A stretch of 64,000 bases of DNA, taken from positions 16,561-80,560 of the forward strand of contig CAZQQI010000008.1 of assembly GCA_964595465.1 (NCBI GenBank), written 5' to 3'. The notes under the pieces are model-generated. The model ran no database searches and had not been told where the DNA came from. It worked only from the letters and a program-made list of their open reading frames with translations. Shown here piece by piece: positions 20,234-30,810 of this stretch (position 1 is its first letter; each line of letters begins with the position of its first letter). This stretch comes from an uncultured Planctomycetales bacterium (GTDB taxonomy: Bacteria; Omnitrophota; Gorgyraeia; Zapsychrales; JANLHA01). Both the position numbers and the translations under genes were made by a program.

Positions 20234-20923
20234 TCACTCTTTTTTGTCTTGCGGACCGACAGAGGGCCCGACATAAAATTCCGTGATCAGCCGGACCACA
20301 TCTTCCGGCTCATCCACAACCTGAAAATAATCCATATCCCCGGGGCTGATCTTGCCTTCCCCGAGAAGCTTTTCTTTTACCCAATCGATCAGGCCGTCCC
20401 AAAAAGCCGAATCGATCAGAATGACGGGACAGCGCTCCACCCGCTTGGTCTGGATCAGGGTCACACATTCAAAGAGTTCATCAAGTGTCCCGAATCCTCC
20501 GGGAAACATCACGAAGGCTTTGGCATATTTTAAAAACATAACTTTGCGGCTGAAAAAATAATGAAAATTAACCAGCGTACGAATATAGGCATTTGGTTTT
20601 TGCTCGAAAGGCAGATCAATATTCAAGCCGACCGACTCTCCCCCGGCTTCCATGGCACCGCGGTTGCCGGCCTCCATAATACCCGGACCGCCTCCGGTGA
20701 TCACAGCATAGCCTTCTTTGACCAAAAGGTCGGCTGTGGTCCTGGCTTTTTGATATAGCGGATCATCCTCCGGAGTACGGGCCGAACCGAAAATGGTTAC
20801 CGCTTTTTCTATATTAGAAAACTGATCAAATCCCGAAACGAATTCGGCCATGATCTTAAAGACCCGCCAGGGATCTTCAAACCGCAATTGATCGGGAATG
20901 CGTTCAGGTGATTGGATCATCAT
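20234..20923 (-). CDS. LOG family protein (cytokinin riboside 5'-monophosphate phosphoribohydrolase-like, TIGR00730)
   Basis: GGGPGIMEA...PGGFGTLDEL motifs. Confidence 0.8.
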   Translation of the reverse strand: MMIQSPERIPDQLRFEDPWRVFKIMAEFVSGFDQFSNIEKAVTIFGSARTPEDDPLYQKARTTADLLVKEGYAVITGGGPGIMEAGNRGAMEAGGESVGLNIDLPFEQKPNAYIRTLVNFHYFFSRKVMFLKYAKAFVMFPGGFGTLDELFECVTLIQTKRVERCPVILIDSAFWDGLIDWVKEKLLGEGKISPGDMDYFQVVDEPEDVVRLITEFYVGPSVGPQDKKE

Positions 20924-20945
20924 GCTCCCTTTGTGGTCATTAATG

Positions 20946-23840
20946 TTACCAATTCAACGGTGCCTGCCAGGCAGACTTCAGCTCAGCGGTCTCGGCATTG
21001 AGACACGCCCCGCCGGAACGCCCCGTGACCCGCAGACGATCTTCAGCACTGACTTTACCGATACAGGCATACGGGACATCGCCCAGAATCTGCTCAAAGG
21101 CATCCTGATGCTCAGGAGAAACTTCTGCCAGCAGACGGGAATGAGATTCCGAAAACAGAACAGCGTCATCACGCCCAACCCCTTCGGCCGGAACCATGCT
21201 TAAATCGATATCCGCGCCGAGATTTCCGCTGAATGCCATCTCTGCCAGGGCAACGGCTAATCCCCCTTCAGAGCAATCGTGAAGAGACCGTGCCAAACAC
21301 TTCTGGGTCACAGAATAAACAGCGGCGTAAGTCTTTACCGCTTGATCAAAATCGACCCGCGGGACATTCCGTCCCAGTTCCTGCTTAAGATCATAATAGA
21401 TCGACCCGCCCAACTCATCCCGGGTCATGCCGATCAGGTAAATAAGATTGCCCGGAGATTTAAAATCCATGGTCACAGCACGGGACACATCATCCATAAT
21501 ACCGATCGCGGAAATCAAAATGGTACCCGGGATCGCGATGGATTGGCCGCCCTCGGCGTATTCGTTGTAAAGGCTGTCTTTGCCGGAAATAAACGGCGCG
21601 CGGTAAGCAACAGCCGCTTCGTAGCACCCTTGCGCGCAGCGCACCAGTCCGCCCAGACGGTCGGGCTTGTCCGGATTCCCCCAGCAGAAATTGTCCAGCA
21701 AAGCAATGCGATCCGGATTCCCCCCGACCGCGATGATCTGGCGGACCGCCTCATCTACACATCCGGCAGCCATCCAGAATGGGTCGATCATACCGTAACG
21801 GACATTGACCCCGTTGGATACTGCGAAACCTTTCTGAGAATCCATTTTGGGAGCGACCACTGCCGCGTCCGACGGACCGTCACAAGCCGGCCCAACAAAG
21901 GGCTTGACCACGCTTCCACCCTGGACTTCGTGGTCGTACTGCCGCACGACCCATTCCTTGGAACAGACATTGTAATGACCCAGGGCTTTGCTTAAAACAG
22001 GTGTGAGGTCCTCGGGACAAGGGAAATCCGGTTCCTGGGTTTCGGATTCTTTCCATTGAGCTTCTTTGGTGATCTTGGGGATACCGTCATGCATAAACGC
22101 CATCTCCAGGTCACAGATCTGCGTGCCGTGGTAAAACAGCTCCAGCCGTCCGGTATCGCTGAATTCGCCGATGACGCTGGCCTCAACATTTTCAGCGGCG
22201 AATAATTCCAGAAACCGTTCCACATTTTCCGGCGGAACAGCAAAAACCATGCGTTCCTGAGATTCGGAGATCCAGATCTCCATGTAGGACAGGCCCTGAT
22301 ATTTTAAGGGAACGCGGTCCAGATCGACACGGGCGCCGGTCTTTTCCCCCATTTCACCGACAGCACTCGAAAAACCGCCGGCACCACAATCCGTAACAGA
22401 ACGGTACAGCCCTTCATCCCGGGCGGTCAACTGAACATCCAGGACCTTTTTCTCCTGAATCGGATCCCCGATCTGGACAGCCCCTGAAGAGATCGTCTCG
22501 GATTCGGAGGTCAGCTCCCCGGAAGAAAAGGTCGCGCCGTGGATGCCGTCACGCCCGGTCTTTCCTCCGACAGCGACAATCTTGTCGCCGGGATGCACGT
22601 CTTTATGCTCTTTGCCTTTAGGGATCATCCCGATATTCCCGCAATACACCAACGGGTTGCCCACAAAGTGTCTGTCGAAGAGGATCGCGCCGTTAACCGT
22701 GGGGATCCCCATCTTATTGCCGTAATCCCTTACCCCGGAGACAACACCTTTCATCACCCTTTTGGGATGCAGTGTCCCGGCGGGAAGCTCGTCCTGCGGA
22801 TAATCCGGCGGCGCGAAACAAAAAATGTCCGTATTACAGACCGGTTTGGCGCCGAGACCTGTGCCCATGGTGTCGCGCAAAACACCGCCGATACCGGTGT
22901 TGGCCCCGCCGAAAGGCTCCAGAGCGGACGGATGGTTATGGGTCTCCACTTTAAAGCAGACATCATCGGTCTCATCAAAAGAAATGATCCCGGCATTATC
23001 ATGAAAAACAGACACACACCAGTCCCGATCCAGTTCATATGTGGCGCGGGCAATGGTCGATTTTAATAAATTGTCGATCTCGATCTCACGGGTTTTTCCG
23101 TTCTCGGTGAACTGACAGCGGATCTTCCCCCGAAAGGTTTTATGATGACAATGTTCGCTCCAGGTTTGCGCGATCGTTTCTAATTCACAATCACTGGGGT
23201 TGCGGCCCAGCTGTTGAAAATAATGCTGGATCGCACGCATCTCATCAATATTAAGGAAAAGCTGGCCTTTTTCGCTGATCTCTTGCAGCCTGCAATCATC
23301 TGCCCCGGCCAGGTCGACACGGAGGACCTCAACCTTGCCGCCTTTCGCCTGCGCGATGGGGACATGTTCTTCCGTTCCCTCACGGACCACATGCTGGATC
23401 AGCTTATTGGCTAAAACTTTATCAACGATCAATTCGATCTGTTCAGGAGCGGCCATACCGTAAAGATGATACTGGCGGGCGGTGCGGACAGCCCGGCATT
23501 GGCTGACGCTCAGGTCTCGGATGCCCTTGAGAGTGGATTCTTCGACCGGGTCCATCACCCCGGGGTTGTAGGCGATCTCCACAATATGGCGGGCCGGGTC
23601 GGAATGATCAAAACGGGCCGCGCCGCGGCGGCAAGTAAACTCCTGGGACACGCGGTCAGTCAGCAGATCAGCGCCGATACGGCGCGCGTCTTCTTCGGAC
23701 AAATCGCCCTCCAGGGTATAGACCTGCACGACCTCAACCTTGCGGACAGCTTCGATTCCCAGATCAAGAATACTCTTATGGACGCTTTCACCCAGCGCAT
23801 CAAAAAGTCCGGATTTTTCTTTGACTTCTATTCGCCACAT
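20946..23840 (-). CDS. purL: Phosphoribosylformylglycinamidine synthase subunit PurL with two N-terminal PurS-like domains (PurS-PurS-PurL fusion)
   Basis: PurL core (AQTWSEHCHHKTF, FGNP, AIRS domains) preceded by ~190 aa that form two ~80-aa PurS-like repeats. Confidence 0.85.
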   Translation of the reverse strand: MWRIEVKEKSGLFDALGESVHKSILDLGIEAVRKVEVVQVYTLEGDLSEEDARRIGADLLTDRVSQEFTCRRGAARFDHSDPARHIVEIAYNPGVMDPVEESTLKGIRDLSVSQCRAVRTARQYHLYGMAAPEQIELIVDKVLANKLIQHVVREGTEEHVPIAQAKGGKVEVLRVDLAGADDCRLQEISEKGQLFLNIDEMRAIQHYFQQLGRNPSDCELETIAQTWSEHCHHKTFRGKIRCQFTENGKTREIEIDNLLKSTIARATYELDRDWCVSVFHDNAGIISFDETDDVCFKVETHNHPSALEPFGGANTGIGGVLRDTMGTGLGAKPVCNTDIFCFAPPDYPQDELPAGTLHPKRVMKGVVSGVRDYGNKMGIPTVNGAILFDRHFVGNPLVYCGNIGMIPKGKEHKDVHPGDKIVAVGGKTGRDGIHGATFSSGELTSESETISSGAVQIGDPIQEKKVLDVQLTARDEGLYRSVTDCGAGGFSSAVGEMGEKTGARVDLDRVPLKYQGLSYMEIWISESQERMVFAVPPENVERFLELFAAENVEASVIGEFSDTGRLELFYHGTQICDLEMAFMHDGIPKITKEAQWKESETQEPDFPCPEDLTPVLSKALGHYNVCSKEWVVRQYDHEVQGGSVVKPFVGPACDGPSDAAVVAPKMDSQKGFAVSNGVNVRYGMIDPFWMAAGCVDEAVRQIIAVGGNPDRIALLDNFCWGNPDKPDRLGGLVRCAQGCYEAAVAYRAPFISGKDSLYNEYAEGGQSIAIPGTILISAIGIMDDVSRAVTMDFKSPGNLIYLIGMTRDELGGSIYYDLKQELGRNVPRVDFDQAVKTYAAVYSVTQKCLARSLHDCSEGGLAVALAEMAFSGNLGADIDLSMVPAEGVGRDDAVLFSESHSRLLAEVSPEHQDAFEQILGDVPYACIGKVSAEDRLRVTGRSGGACLNAETAELKSAWQAPLNW

Positions 23841-23945
23841 AATAAAAAGGGAAGGCCTGCCTATCCCGGAAAATCCCGGGCCGAAGGCAGGCGCAAAGCC
23901 GTACCGGAAAATTCTCCCGGCAACGGCGGTTATCCTGCTCTGAGA

Positions 23946-24650
23946 TTAACGGTTAACCCGCTCAAGGATCTCCTGGTACGCCTCTTCAATGCTGCCCAGG
24001 TCCTGGCGAAAACGGTCTTTGTCCAATTTTCGGTTAGTGCCCACTTCCCATAATCTACAGGTATCGGGCGAGATCTCATCGGCCAGAATGATCTCTCCCT
24101 GATGCCGGCCGAACTCTAATTTAAAATCGACAATGTTGACGTCCAATTTCAGAAAAAACTCCTTCAGCAAGGCATTCACCTTGAACGTCATGTCCTTGAT
24201 CTTATCGATTTCTTCCTGGGTTGCCAGCTCCAGGGCCAGGGCATGCGATTCGTTGATCAAAGGATCGTTCAGGGCATCGTCTTTATAAGAAAATTCAAAG
24301 GTCGGGCAAGCGAGCTTAAGGCCTTCCTCCAGACCGAGCATCCGGCATAGAGAACCGGCGGCCATATTGCGGACAATAACCTCAAGAGGAATGATCTCAA
24401 CCTTTTTGATCAGCATCTCCCGGTCACTGAGGGTCTTGACATAATGCGTCGGGATCCCGCGCTCTTCCAGATACTGAAACAGCGTCGAGGCGATCTTATT
24501 ATTGACAACACCTTTTTCTCCGATCGTGCCGCGCTTCTGCGCATTAAAAGCTGTGGCATCATCCTTGAAATACTGGATCACCAGGCCGGGGTCATCGGTC
24601 GAATAAACGATCTTGGCTTTTCCTTCATACAATTTGTCCCGCTTTTCCAT
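23946..24650 (-). CDS. purC: Phosphoribosylaminoimidazole-succinocarboxamide synthase
   Basis: MEKRDKLYEGKAKIVYSTDDP. Confidence 0.9.
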   Translation of the reverse strand: MEKRDKLYEGKAKIVYSTDDPGLVIQYFKDDATAFNAQKRGTIGEKGVVNNKIASTLFQYLEERGIPTHYVKTLSDREMLIKKVEIIPLEVIVRNMAAGSLCRMLGLEEGLKLACPTFEFSYKDDALNDPLINESHALALELATQEEIDKIKDMTFKVNALLKEFFLKLDVNIVDFKLEFGRHQGEIILADEISPDTCRLWEVGTNRKLDKDRFRQDLGSIEEAYQEILERVNR

Positions 24651-24687
24651 AGCAGACCTCCGGGATATCAAGTTAAATAAACTCGTT

Positions 24688-25983
24688 TTACCGCAGCCCG
24701 ACACGCTTAAAAATCATATCGCGATGACGGGTGTAGTATTTGATGTCGAAGCAGGTATTGATATCCGCGGGCTTAAGGTACTTGCGCACTTTGCGGTCAC
24801 GCAGGAGCACTTCGCGGAAATCCGAATTTTCATCCCAAACCTGCATGGCGCAGCGCTGGATGATCTCGTAAGCCTGCTCGCGGGTCAACCCCTTGTTCAT
24901 CAACTCCAGCAGAACACGCTGGGAATAGATCAGCCCTTTGGTCTTGGTCAGACTTTCGATCATGCTCTTGGGATAGACCAGCAGACCTTCAATGATCGGA
25001 GTGAATTTATGGAACATATAATGCAGGGCCAGCGTGCTGTCCGGCATGATGACACGCTCGACGGAAGAATGGCTGATATCACGCTCATGCCAGAGATTAA
25101 TGTTTTCAAAGGCCGCCTGGGAATTGGACCGCAGTAAACGGGATAGTCCGGATATGCGTTCACAAGTTATCGGATTGCGCTTATGCGGCATGGCGGAAGA
25201 CCCGACCTGCCCCTTGAAGAACGGCTCCTCCAGTTCACGAATATCGGTCTTCTGCAAAGCGCGGATCTCGGTAGCGAATTTGTCCAGGGACGTTCCGATC
25301 AAAGCAAGTGTCGTCATAAACTGACAATGGATATCACGGGATATGATCTGGGTGGCAATATTTGCCGGCTTAAGCCCCAATTTATTGCAGACATATTCCT
25401 CGACGGAAGGATCGATATTGGCATAGGTCCCGACAGCACCGGACAGTTTGCCCAGGCGCATCTCTTCGCGGGCGTGCTCCAGGCGCTCATAATTGCGCTG
25501 GGTCTCATCATACCAGGTCGCCAGCTTCAGCCCCAGCGTGGTCGGCTCAGCGTGGACGCCGTGTGTCCTGGCCACACAGGTCGTATCTTTGTATTTCTTG
25601 CATTGTTTTTTAAGGGCCGCCATGAATTTCTTCATATCTGCCAGCAGGATGTCGCAGGCCTCAACACACTGCACGGACAAAGTCGTATCCAGCAGATCGG
25701 ATGATGTCAATCCCATATGAAGATAACGGGCGTCCGGACCGATATATTTACCGACATTATTAATAAAGGCCACAATATCGTGTTTGGTCTTTTCTTCCAG
25801 CTCCCGGATCTCATCAATGTTGAATTTCGCGCTTTTTTTGATCTGATCAACCGATTTTTTGGGGATCTTCCCTAATTTGGACATAGCCTCACAAACCAGA
25901 ACCTCAATTTTCAGCATAATGGAAAATTTATGCTCATCCGTCCAAATCGTTCCCATCTTAGAAAGTGTGTACCGGTCGATCAT
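24688..25983 (-). CDS. purB: Adenylosuccinate lyase
   Basis: Fumarate-lyase signature GSSAMPHKRNP. Confidence 0.95.
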   Translation of the reverse strand: MIDRYTLSKMGTIWTDEHKFSIMLKIEVLVCEAMSKLGKIPKKSVDQIKKSAKFNIDEIRELEEKTKHDIVAFINNVGKYIGPDARYLHMGLTSSDLLDTTLSVQCVEACDILLADMKKFMAALKKQCKKYKDTTCVARTHGVHAEPTTLGLKLATWYDETQRNYERLEHAREEMRLGKLSGAVGTYANIDPSVEEYVCNKLGLKPANIATQIISRDIHCQFMTTLALIGTSLDKFATEIRALQKTDIRELEEPFFKGQVGSSAMPHKRNPITCERISGLSRLLRSNSQAAFENINLWHERDISHSSVERVIMPDSTLALHYMFHKFTPIIEGLLVYPKSMIESLTKTKGLIYSQRVLLELMNKGLTREQAYEIIQRCAMQVWDENSDFREVLLRDRKVRKYLKPADINTCFDIKYYTRHRDMIFKRVGLR

Positions 25984-26288
25984 GCGTTTCTCCTTCTCTT
26001 ATATATAGGGATTCTTAATGAGATATCATGACAGCGGCCCGTCAAAATAACGCCACTAATATAACAAAATAACTTCGCCAGCGCAATGGAAATTCAGCCG
26101 CAAAAGCACATTTCCGGACGAAAACATCACATCCCACTGCAAACAATAAACTTACATTCCAAGAGGATGCCAGGCGCCCCGGGCCGTCATGGCCTGAAAT
26201 GACACAAACTGTTTTTTTACAATACCTTACAAATACTCTAGACAGCTGTATGCTCCGGCATTTCGTCTTATAATGGGGAAAATCCTGG

Positions 26289-27407
26289 TTGAAGACCGTA
26301 ATGTTTCATGCTAGGATAAACGCCATGTTAAAGGATATCCGTAAAAATATCGATCTGAGTCTGACCCGCTTTGTCGAAGAAGTCCAGGACGAATACAATC
26401 TTCACCTCATCCACCCGGAACTTTACGAAAGCATTAAAGATTTTATTCTGCGCAAAGGCAAGCGCATCCGCCCGATCCTGCTGGTCCTGGGCTATCAGGG
26501 CTACTCACGCAGGGATAACCCTCTAAACGAAAATATTTACCGCGCGTCGACCAGCATTGAACTTCTGCACAATTTCATGCTGATCCATGACGACATCATC
26601 GACTGCTCGGACCTGCGCCGCGGCAAACCGACCATGCACCGCATGCTGAGACGTGTGGTACGCACCAACGATCCCGACAAACTCGGGTTCGACTTGGGGA
26701 TCATTGCCGGGGATATTGTTTACGCCCTGGCGATCGATGCCTTTTTGTCTTTCGAGGAAACCCCTAAACGTATGCATAAAGCCCTGCGCTATTTTATTCA
26801 GACGGCCGCGTTTACCGCCATGGGAGAATTCGTCGATACCCTCAACGGCGTCCTGCCCATCGCCAAGGTCGAAGAAAAAGACGTCTACCTGAATTACTCT
26901 CTCAAGACCGCGCGCTACACCTTTGACTGCCCCCTGGTCGTCGGAGCGTTGTTAGCCGGCGCAGGTCAGCGCGAAACCGAACGCCTCTCCGAACTCGGCC
27001 TTCTGATCGGTCAGGCCTTTCAGATCCAGGATGATATTATCGGAGTCTTTGATTCAGAAAAAAATATTGGTAAGTCTGTTCTCAGTGATATCGCGGAATC
27101 AAAAAAAACCATCCTTGTCTGCCACGCCTACCGCACGCTTAAAGGCGCGCAAAAGAAAGAATTTCTCAGCCTCTTTCATAAATCCAAAACCACCATGAAA
27201 GACTTACGCAAGATCCGTAAGATCCTGATCGGATGCGGCAGTTTGGAATACGCCTTTGACGCGGTCAAAGAACGGCTCGAACGCAGTGAACAGCTGGTCT
27301 CCCGTCTCAAAATGAAACCAGATTCCCGCGACATGATCTGGCAGTCGTTCTCTCAGCTGTTTAAACACACAGCCCGAATCGCTAAATCTTATCATCTGCC
27401 CTATTGA
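26289..27407 (+). CDS. Polyprenyl diphosphate synthase (trans-isoprenyl diphosphate synthase family)
   Basis: First DDxxD motif (LIHDDIIDCSD) and second (FQIQDDIIGVF). Confidence 0.8.
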   Translation: MKTVMFHARINAMLKDIRKNIDLSLTRFVEEVQDEYNLHLIHPELYESIKDFILRKGKRIRPILLVLGYQGYSRRDNPLNENIYRASTSIELLHNFMLIHDDIIDCSDLRRGKPTMHRMLRRVVRTNDPDKLGFDLGIIAGDIVYALAIDAFLSFEETPKRMHKALRYFIQTAAFTAMGEFVDTLNGVLPIAKVEEKDVYLNYSLKTARYTFDCPLVVGALLAGAGQRETERLSELGLLIGQAFQIQDDIIGVFDSEKNIGKSVLSDIAESKKTILVCHAYRTLKGAQKKEFLSLFHKSKTTMKDLRKIRKILIGCGSLEYAFDAVKERLERSEQLVSRLKMKPDSRDMIWQSFSQLFKHTARIAKSYHLPY

Positions 27408-27428
27408 CAATCCCTGCTTGTGTTGTGA

Positions 27429-29465
27429 TCATTGCCCGGCCTGCAGCATTCGGGCTTTTTGGATCAAAACATCAAACCCCCTTTTATCTTCCGTCAGCGC
27501 TTGACCCTGCTGCCAGATTGAAATCGCAGCATCCCACTGTTCATGGTTCCCTAAAAACTTTCCCACCTCCCGATAAATCTCAGGAGATTCGGGATATTGT
27601 TTCAATAATTGTTCGTATAGAGGATACACTTTTCGGAATGATCCGGCCTGCGCTGCTATCCCGGCCGCGTTTAGCTGGCAGCTCATATCAGAACAGCGAT
27701 GAAACAGACGCATAGCAGTCTTTTGCGCCTGCTGATTTTTTCCCGCAATCAGCAGCACGGCGGCCAATTCCCGCAAAGCATCAATATTCGCAGGATACAT
27801 TGTCAAAACATGACGATAAAGCTCAACGGCCCGGGTATCATTCCGGCGCCGCTGGTATATTTCAGCCAAATTCATCCAGGGCTCAAGCCGCCCGGGATAT
27901 TGTTTGATAGCCTTTCTGAAAAGATCTTCGGCTTCCTCAACCCTTCCGAGCTTCAGCAGAAGTGCTCCCTTGTTATTTAAGGCATCCGCGTAGCCGGGGG
28001 AGATGTCCAGCGCCTGATCGAAATACCACAAGGCCATGCCGTGATGACCCTGAGCCGCGTAGATGGATCCAATATTGGTCCAGGTCTCTTTATTTGTAGG
28101 ATCCAACAGCAGCGCCGTTTGATAATGTATCATCGCGGACGCACGATCCCCGCGGGACTGATAAGCCGCTGCCAGATTATCATGCCCCCGGGACTGCAGC
28201 GGCGCATTACGGATAACATTTTTCCATAAGGCTACCCGTGATGCCCAGTCCTGATTACGGAAATAGGTCAATAAGCCGAGAACACAAATGACCACGGCGA
28301 GGACAGCCCCCGCTTTCTTCAAGGACCGCCAGGAACACAGCCAAAACGCAAAAAGCATGGCAATCCCCGCCAGAGGAAGATACATGCGGTGTTCAAAAAT
28401 AACATGACGGATCGGAACAAAACTGCACTCTACAGCTGCCGTGATAAAAAACCAGAATACGGCCAGCGAAGCCAGCCGGTGCCGCGTCCACAACAAAAAA
28501 CCGGTCAGCAGAAACAACGCCATGATCAATCCCGCGAAAGCTGTCGGAAAATGCAACGGACTATAAGACAAAGGCATGGCATGGTCCAGGCTCTGCCCCA
28601 CCGGAACCAGGATCAGCTGAAGATATTTAAGAAGAACACGCCATTGCGTAAAAAAGTACACCATGCTGGTCACGTCGGCATGATCATTAGACAGCCGCCG
28701 GGTCGTGGAAGAAATAATATCTATCGTACGAAACGATTGCAGCGCGGGGATGATCAATAAAAAAACAGCGATCACAGCGGCCCGCAGCCAAAATTTCCGC
28801 CGCAGATAAAAACGCGATCCGCTTTGAAATAATGCCGCCTCCATCACGATCAGCATGACCGGCAAAGTAAACACATTTTGTTTCGTGAACATCCCTAGAA
28901 CACAGCTCAGTCCCGCCGCCAGATAAAACCCGACGTAAGGGCGCCCGGCGCGCTCCCGCAGACGTCCATGAATATAAAGTCCCGCCGTCAGCAGATAGAA
29001 TAACGCCGCCAATGACGCGTGACGCTGATAAATGTACGTCACCGCCTGGGTCTGGATCGGATGGGTCAAAAATAACAGGGCGGCAAAAAACCCGGCATAG
29101 GGAACACGGTCCTTCCTCAGACACTTTTCTCCGGCGGGAGAACACAGCATCCCTCTGACCAGCCACCATACCAAAAACACATTGATCATGTGGATCAAAA
29201 AATTTACCAGATGATAGCCGAAGACCTGATCCCCATGGATCATATAATTCAAGGCGAACGAAGAAAAACTGACCACCCTCAAACGGGCCTCTCCGCTGTT
29301 CTCCAGAAAATTCTGCCAGACATGCCCCAGGCTGTGAACATGCGGATTATCCCGCACACCGGAAATCGTGTCAAAGCTGAATTCCGCGAAAAAACTATTA
29401 GAATAAATCACAGCACCGATAACCAAGATCAAAAAACCTGCCCAAGCATATTTTCTTGCCGCCAT
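27429..29465 (-). CDS. TPR-repeat membrane protein, TMTC/PMT-like GT-C glycosyltransferase fold
   Basis: About 11 TM helices with a GYHLVNFLIHMINVFL motif typical of TMTC/DUF1736 proteins. C-terminal TPR repeats. Confidence 0.6.
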   Translation of the reverse strand: MAARKYAWAGFLILVIGAVIYSNSFFAEFSFDTISGVRDNPHVHSLGHVWQNFLENSGEARLRVVSFSSFALNYMIHGDQVFGYHLVNFLIHMINVFLVWWLVRGMLCSPAGEKCLRKDRVPYAGFFAALLFLTHPIQTQAVTYIYQRHASLAALFYLLTAGLYIHGRLRERAGRPYVGFYLAAGLSCVLGMFTKQNVFTLPVMLIVMEAALFQSGSRFYLRRKFWLRAAVIAVFLLIIPALQSFRTIDIISSTTRRLSNDHADVTSMVYFFTQWRVLLKYLQLILVPVGQSLDHAMPLSYSPLHFPTAFAGLIMALFLLTGFLLWTRHRLASLAVFWFFITAAVECSFVPIRHVIFEHRMYLPLAGIAMLFAFWLCSWRSLKKAGAVLAVVICVLGLLTYFRNQDWASRVALWKNVIRNAPLQSRGHDNLAAAYQSRGDRASAMIHYQTALLLDPTNKETWTNIGSIYAAQGHHGMALWYFDQALDISPGYADALNNKGALLLKLGRVEEAEDLFRKAIKQYPGRLEPWMNLAEIYQRRRNDTRAVELYRHVLTMYPANIDALRELAAVLLIAGKNQQAQKTAMRLFHRCSDMSCQLNAAGIAAQAGSFRKVYPLYEQLLKQYPESPEIYREVGKFLGNHEQWDAAISIWQQGQALTEDKRGFDVLIQKARMLQAGQ

Positions 29466-29484
29466 ATCATTCCTCTCTTTCTGA

Positions 29485-30588
29485 CTAAATCAGCTCAATA
29501 CTCAGCATATCCAGCCGCAGCAGGCCTTTTCGGCTGACCCGAATACAGCCGCCCTCCTCGAGCAGAAATTGCTTATCAAGCAGATCATCTAAAGACCTTT
29601 TCTGTTCTTCCCTCAGAGCTGACTGATATTTTTGTTCCAATGCCTTAATATTTACTCCCTCAAGCATGCGCAGGCCGAAGACCAACGCTTCGCTCAAGCG
29701 CTGCTGAGGATCAAGGCGCTCTTCACCGGTCCGGGGATCCTCGCCGGTCTCCCCTCTTTTTATATACTCCCTCAGCCGATCGGTGTTCCACCAGCGATGC
29801 CCGTCCATATGGGAATGGGCCGCAGCGCCGATTCCGAAATAATTCCCTCCCCGCCAATAATGCCGATTGTGCCGAGAGGCATATCCCGGACGGCAGAAAT
29901 TGCTGACTTCGTACTGGACATAACCCTCGTCCTGCAGAAGATCCGCGACATAACTGTATTGCGCGCCCTGCTCTGCGGCGGACCGCGGCCGGACACCGCG
30001 GACAAAAAAGCAGCTGCGCGGCTCAACACTAAGATTATACAGCGAAACATGCTCCGGCGACATAGCCGCAAGCTCGCGGACATCGTCCGCGATATCCCGG
30101 TGTGTCTGACCGGGAAACCCGTACATCATATCCAGGCTGATATTTCTGCATCCGGCTGAACGGAGACAGTGATAGGCTTCATAAACCCGCTCCGGTGTAT
30201 GACACCGGCCGATCTCCTGCAGGCGTCTGCGGTCGAACGTCTGCACGCCGGCACTGATGCGCGTCACGCCAAGACCAAGCAGGGCTTGAATAAAGCCCAT
30301 GGTCACATCTTCCGGATTGACCTCTACCGTCCATTCTGATACCTGGCCGCAGTCAAAAGCAGAACGGATCGCCTTAACGATCCGTTCAAGCTGACTGAAC
30401 GGGATGCGCGACGGCGTGCCCCCGCCAAAATAAACTGTCTTGATCGCCGCATTTTTATTCGCCTGGATTTCTTTTGCCAGAGAGGAAACATACGCGCCGA
30501 TCAGGTGGTCCTGATTGACCGCGACAGAATACGAACAATAAAAACATTTGCGCAAACAAAATGGAATGTGAACATACAAAGAAATCAT
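29485..30588 (-). CDS. hemW: Radical SAM family heme chaperone HemW / coproporphyrinogen III oxidase-like
   Basis: CLRKCFYC radical SAM cluster motif plus the HemN C-terminal domain. Confidence 0.8.
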   Translation of the reverse strand: MISLYVHIPFCLRKCFYCSYSVAVNQDHLIGAYVSSLAKEIQANKNAAIKTVYFGGGTPSRIPFSQLERIVKAIRSAFDCGQVSEWTVEVNPEDVTMGFIQALLGLGVTRISAGVQTFDRRRLQEIGRCHTPERVYEAYHCLRSAGCRNISLDMMYGFPGQTHRDIADDVRELAAMSPEHVSLYNLSVEPRSCFFVRGVRPRSAAEQGAQYSYVADLLQDEGYVQYEVSNFCRPGYASRHNRHYWRGGNYFGIGAAAHSHMDGHRWWNTDRLREYIKRGETGEDPRTGEERLDPQQRLSEALVFGLRMLEGVNIKALEQKYQSALREEQKRSLDDLLDKQFLLEEGGCIRVSRKGLLRLDMLSIELI

Positions 30589-30740
30589 GATTTTCCCGCG
30601 CAGACAGCAAAATAAAAAGGTGCGATGCTTGCATAATTTTCTCGTCGAGATAAATCTATTTTATAGTATCCCGGCTGCCGGCACAACAAAAAAATTTCAC
30701 CGCTTAATTTGAAAGAATCATTAAAAAGTTAAAAATTTTT

Positions 30741-30768
30741 TTGCATGCCCTTTCCGCTATGTTATGAT
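30741..30768 (+). promoter_or_regulatory. Sigma-70-like promoter upstream of the histone-H1-like gene
   Basis: TTGCAT (30741-46), a 16-nt spacer, then TATGAT (30763-68). Strong RBS AAAGGAGAA before the ATG at 30811. AT-rich context. Confidence 0.45.
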
Positions 30769-30810
30769 TAACGTGTAAACGGCAAAACCACCTTAACAAA
30801 GGAGAACAGG

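Noticed and set aside
21279-21995. 238-aa plus-strand ORF inside purL, and similar long antisense ORFs (16994-17824, 12692-13207, 34802-35524, 60813-61487, 49334-49897)
   Set aside because: High GC content yields long stop-free antisense frames. Each overlaps a confidently identified gene on the other strand and shows no recognisable domain or translation signals.
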